Assembly (NCBI GenBank): GCA_964606355.1
Contig: CAZSGB010000001.1
Span: 1 to 24,256, forward strand
DNA: 24,256 bases
Direction of reading: 5' to 3'
Origin: an uncultured Gammaproteobacteria bacterium
Lineage (GTDB): Bacteria > Patescibacteriota > Patescibacteriia > UBA1558 > UBA10009
Shown: piece by piece, positions 20,168 through 24,256 of the stretch
Layout: each line of letters begins with the position of its first letter
Numbering within the stretch: the stretch's first letter is position 1
The notes under the pieces: generated by a model
Database searches by the model: none
Told to the model about the DNA's origin: nothing
Seen by the model: only the letters and a program-made list of their open reading frames with translations
Position numbers and translations under genes: made by a program

Positions 20168-20593
20168 ATGAAAGAAATAAAAAAAATAAGTTTATTATCA
20201 GTTGCTGAATTCGCAGGTATTTTAGTTGGGGGTATCTATTTGGTGATTGGTGTTTTAATGAGTTTAGTCTATTTTGTAATGGGTATATTTGTTTTAGAAA
20301 GTTCTGATGTTATTGGTTTAGGTTCTGGGATCTTAGCTACTTTTCTTTTAGCTCTTTTAGTTGGCGTACTAAGTTTTATCATTGGACTTTTTATTGCTTG
20401 GTTATATAATTTAACGGCTAAATTAATTGGTGGTATTAAAATAGAATTAAGTGATAGAATTGAAGTAATTAAGGAAGAAATGAAAGAAGAGGTTAAACCA
20501 CAAATGTTTACCACGCCACCACAAGTTGAAGTAGATGATTTAGTGGATAAAATACCAGCTGAAGGAATAGATGATACTTTCAAAACATATTAG
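20168..20593 (+). CDS. DUF3566-like two-TM membrane protein with acidic tail
   Basis: IKKISLLSVAEF N-terminus and IAWLYNLTAKLIGGIKIEL C-terminal motif resemble DUF3566. Confidence 0.6.
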   Translation: MKEIKKISLLSVAEFAGILVGGIYLVIGVLMSLVYFVMGIFVLESSDVIGLGSGILATFLLALLVGVLSFIIGLFIAWLYNLTAKLIGGIKIELSDRIEVIKEEMKEEVKPQMFTTPPQVEVDDLVDKIPAEGIDDTFKTY

Positions 20594-20653
20594 TTTATTA
20601 ACAAATTAATTGAGATAGTATGAGTTAAAATCATTAAATCAGGAGGAATTGAC

Positions 20654-20914
20654 ATGTATAAAAAAGGTAATTGGTTACAACGTAAATATCAGATTATATC
20701 TGATAATCATCGTTGTTTACATTGTGCCAGGCAATGTCTGAGATGTTTGAGGGAACTCAGATTTAACAGACTGACTCCTTTTCAACTGGAGCATAATATC
20801 TATATCGCTTTGAGTCAGTTTCGGGGGGGAGTTGCTAAGTTCTGGTCGATGCTCAGTATTACTCCCGAGTCACTTTCTGAATTGAAAAGAAGAGGTTATC
20901 GGGCTACTAATTGA
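20654..20914 (+). CDS. Small basic orphan protein with HxCxHCx3Cx2C motif
   Basis: 86-aa ORF with AGGAGG SD 7 nt upstream and a terminator right after; more G/C than its neighbours by eye. Confidence 0.65.
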   Translation: MYKKGNWLQRKYQIISDNHRCLHCARQCLRCLRELRFNRLTPFQLEHNIYIALSQFRGGVAKFWSMLSITPESLSELKRRGYRATN

Positions 20915-20933
20915 TTACTTCTATGAATTCATT

Positions 20934-20961
20934 AATCTGCTCTTTTGAGCAGATTTTTTTT
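20934..20961 (+). terminator. Intrinsic terminator
   Basis: aatctgctc-tttt-gagcagatt followed by a T run. Confidence 0.8.
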
Positions 20962-20974
20962 ATTCAAAAAACAC

Positions 20975-21003
20975 TTGCTTTTTTATCTAAATTATGCTAT
21001 TAT
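20975..21003 (+). promoter_or_regulatory. sigma70 promoter of gyrB with extended -10
   Basis: TTGCTT (20975-20980), 17 nt, TGc-TATTAT (-10 at 20998-21003). Confidence 0.6.
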
Positions 21004-21047
21004 TAGGTTAGAATTGTAAGCTATTGTAAGCTAAGGTTAGCCTAATA
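21001..21047 (+). repeat. 10-bp tandem direct repeat nested in an inverted repeat at the gyrB transcription start
   Basis: ttgtaagcta twice (21014-21033), flanked by tattaggtta (21001-21010) and tagcctaata (21038-21047). Confidence 0.75.
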
Positions 21048-21082
21048 TTAAACATAATTTATTTAATTTTTTATTTATTTAA

Positions 21083-23152
<2,070 letters not shown>

Positions 23153-23155
23153 ATT

Positions 23156-24073
23156 ATGGCCTTAGAAACGATAAAATTTAATAATGTTACTTGGGTTAAT
23201 ATTATTGAGCCTGATGTTAATGATATTAATTTTTTAGTTGAAAAATACAAGTTTCATCCTCTGGACATTAAAGACGTAAAAGGTGAATTTCAAAGATCCA
23301 AAATTGATATTTATTTAGATTATGCTTTCATTATTCTACGCTTTCCTGTAACTTATAAAGATTCTAATTTAATTGGTTCTCATGAATTAAATATTTTTCT
23401 AGGTAATAATTATGTTATCACTATTCAAAAGAAAGTTATTAAAAGTCTAAACCACTTTTTTACTCGAGTAAAGAATAGTAAGAAATTACAAAAAGAGATA
23501 TTCCAGGGTAAGGCGGCTTTGGTTCTTTATTATATTTTAGATAACTTGTATCGTTCTTCATTTACCATCATTGATTGGTTAGCAAGAGAGATAAATAGGA
23601 TAGAAACAGCAGTTTTTGAAGAAAGTACTAGAAAAGTAGTTAAAGATTTAGCTCAGGCTCGGAGAAACGCTTTAACCTTTAGTACCATTATCGATCCTCA
23701 ACGTTTAGTTTTTAAGAGTATAATTAATTTAAAAAAAGATTATTTTAGTGAAGACTTAGTAGATTATTTTGATGATATTAATGACTTTATTGGTAGAATT
23801 TATACTAATTTAACTAATTTAAAAGAATTAGTTAATGGTTTACACGAAACTAACGAATCATTAATAACACATAGATTGAATAAAGTAATGAAGATTCTTA
23901 CTATTTTTTCTGTTTCCATGTTACCCCTTACTTTACTTACTGGTATTTATGGTATGAATTTAGATAATCTACCTCTTATTCATAATGAATCATTAGTGTG
24001 GTGGATATTTGGTGGCTTAGTTATAATTATTGTAGCTATTTTTGCTTACTTAAATCATAAAGATATTATTTAA
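23156..24073 (+). CDS. corA: CorA family Mg2+/Co2+ transporter
   Basis: FHPLDI, NKVMKILT, PLTLLTGIYGMN signature, two C-terminal TM helices. Confidence 0.93.
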   Translation: MALETIKFNNVTWVNIIEPDVNDINFLVEKYKFHPLDIKDVKGEFQRSKIDIYLDYAFIILRFPVTYKDSNLIGSHELNIFLGNNYVITIQKKVIKSLNHFFTRVKNSKKLQKEIFQGKAALVLYYILDNLYRSSFTIIDWLAREINRIETAVFEESTRKVVKDLAQARRNALTFSTIIDPQRLVFKSIINLKKDYFSEDLVDYFDDINDFIGRIYTNLTNLKELVNGLHETNESLITHRLNKVMKILTIFSVSMLPLTLLTGIYGMNLDNLPLIHNESLVWWIFGGLVIIIVAIFAYLNHKDII

Positions 24074-24074
24074 T

Positions 24075-24254
24075 ATGGTAAAAAGAAAATTTGTTGAAAA
24101 TCCAGAATCAGAAGCGTCGATTATGGAGGGAGAAGTAACTCCTAAAGAGAAGCCTAAAGAACCTGAAGGTTTGGTTATTACTGTTGAGCAGAAAAAGCGG
24201 GTAAGGTGTCCCCTTTGTCTAGACAGTCATATTGGGTGTAAATGTGATTTTTAA
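24075..24254 (+). CDS. 59-aa microprotein with C-terminal CPLC-x3-H-x2-CxC motif (not in the ORF track)
   Basis: MVKRKFVENPESEASIMEGEVTPKEKPKEPEGLVITVEQKKRVRCPLCLDSHIGCKCDF*. Starts 1 nt after the corA stop; its TAA overlaps a next ATG (TAATG, 24252-24256). Confidence 0.7.
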   Translation: MVKRKFVENPESEASIMEGEVTPKEKPKEPEGLVITVEQKKRVRCPLCLDSHIGCKCDF

Positions 24255-24256
24255 TG

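Noticed and set aside
20269-20583. Minus-strand ORF, 104 aa
   Set aside because: Antisense shadow of the DUF3566-like gene.
20723-20746. Radical SAM enzyme call from CARQCLRC (Cx3Cx2C)
   Set aside because: The protein is only 86 aa, with no room for the partial TIM barrel or SAM-binding motifs.

Overview
AT-rich bacterial chromosomal segment (roughly 30% GC by eye), almost all on the + strand. It most likely comes from a Patescibacteria/CPR (Parcubacteria-like) genome; this is an inference from the SD-less starts, compact spacing, short ATP synthase delta and the gene set. Gene order: cvpA-tatD-rmuC, a complete H+-type F1Fo operon (atpZ-B-E-F-H-A-G-D-C), a NapA-like cation:proton antiporter, a decayed minus-strand gene, an intein-containing UvrD/PcrA helicase fused to a RecB-family nuclease, a membrane protein-pheS-pheT-DUF3566-like gene, a small Cys-rich orphan, then gyrB-corA and a 59-aa Cys/His microprotein missed by the ORF track. 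The most notable items are: (1) a 365-aa intein in helicase motif III whose cargo looks like a GIY-YIG nuclease rather than the usual LAGLIDADG; (2) the first ~265 bp, a Firmicutes-style ylxQ(L7Ae)-infB fragment with a strong SD, joined head-to-head to the CPR-like DNA (probable chimera); (3) two small Cys-rich ORFs; (4) paired stem-loops bracketing atpE; (5) a possible fourth Fe-S cysteine of the nuclease sitting one base out of frame. No rRNA, tRNA or CRISPR array was seen. All family calls come from motif recognition by eye, not database searches.
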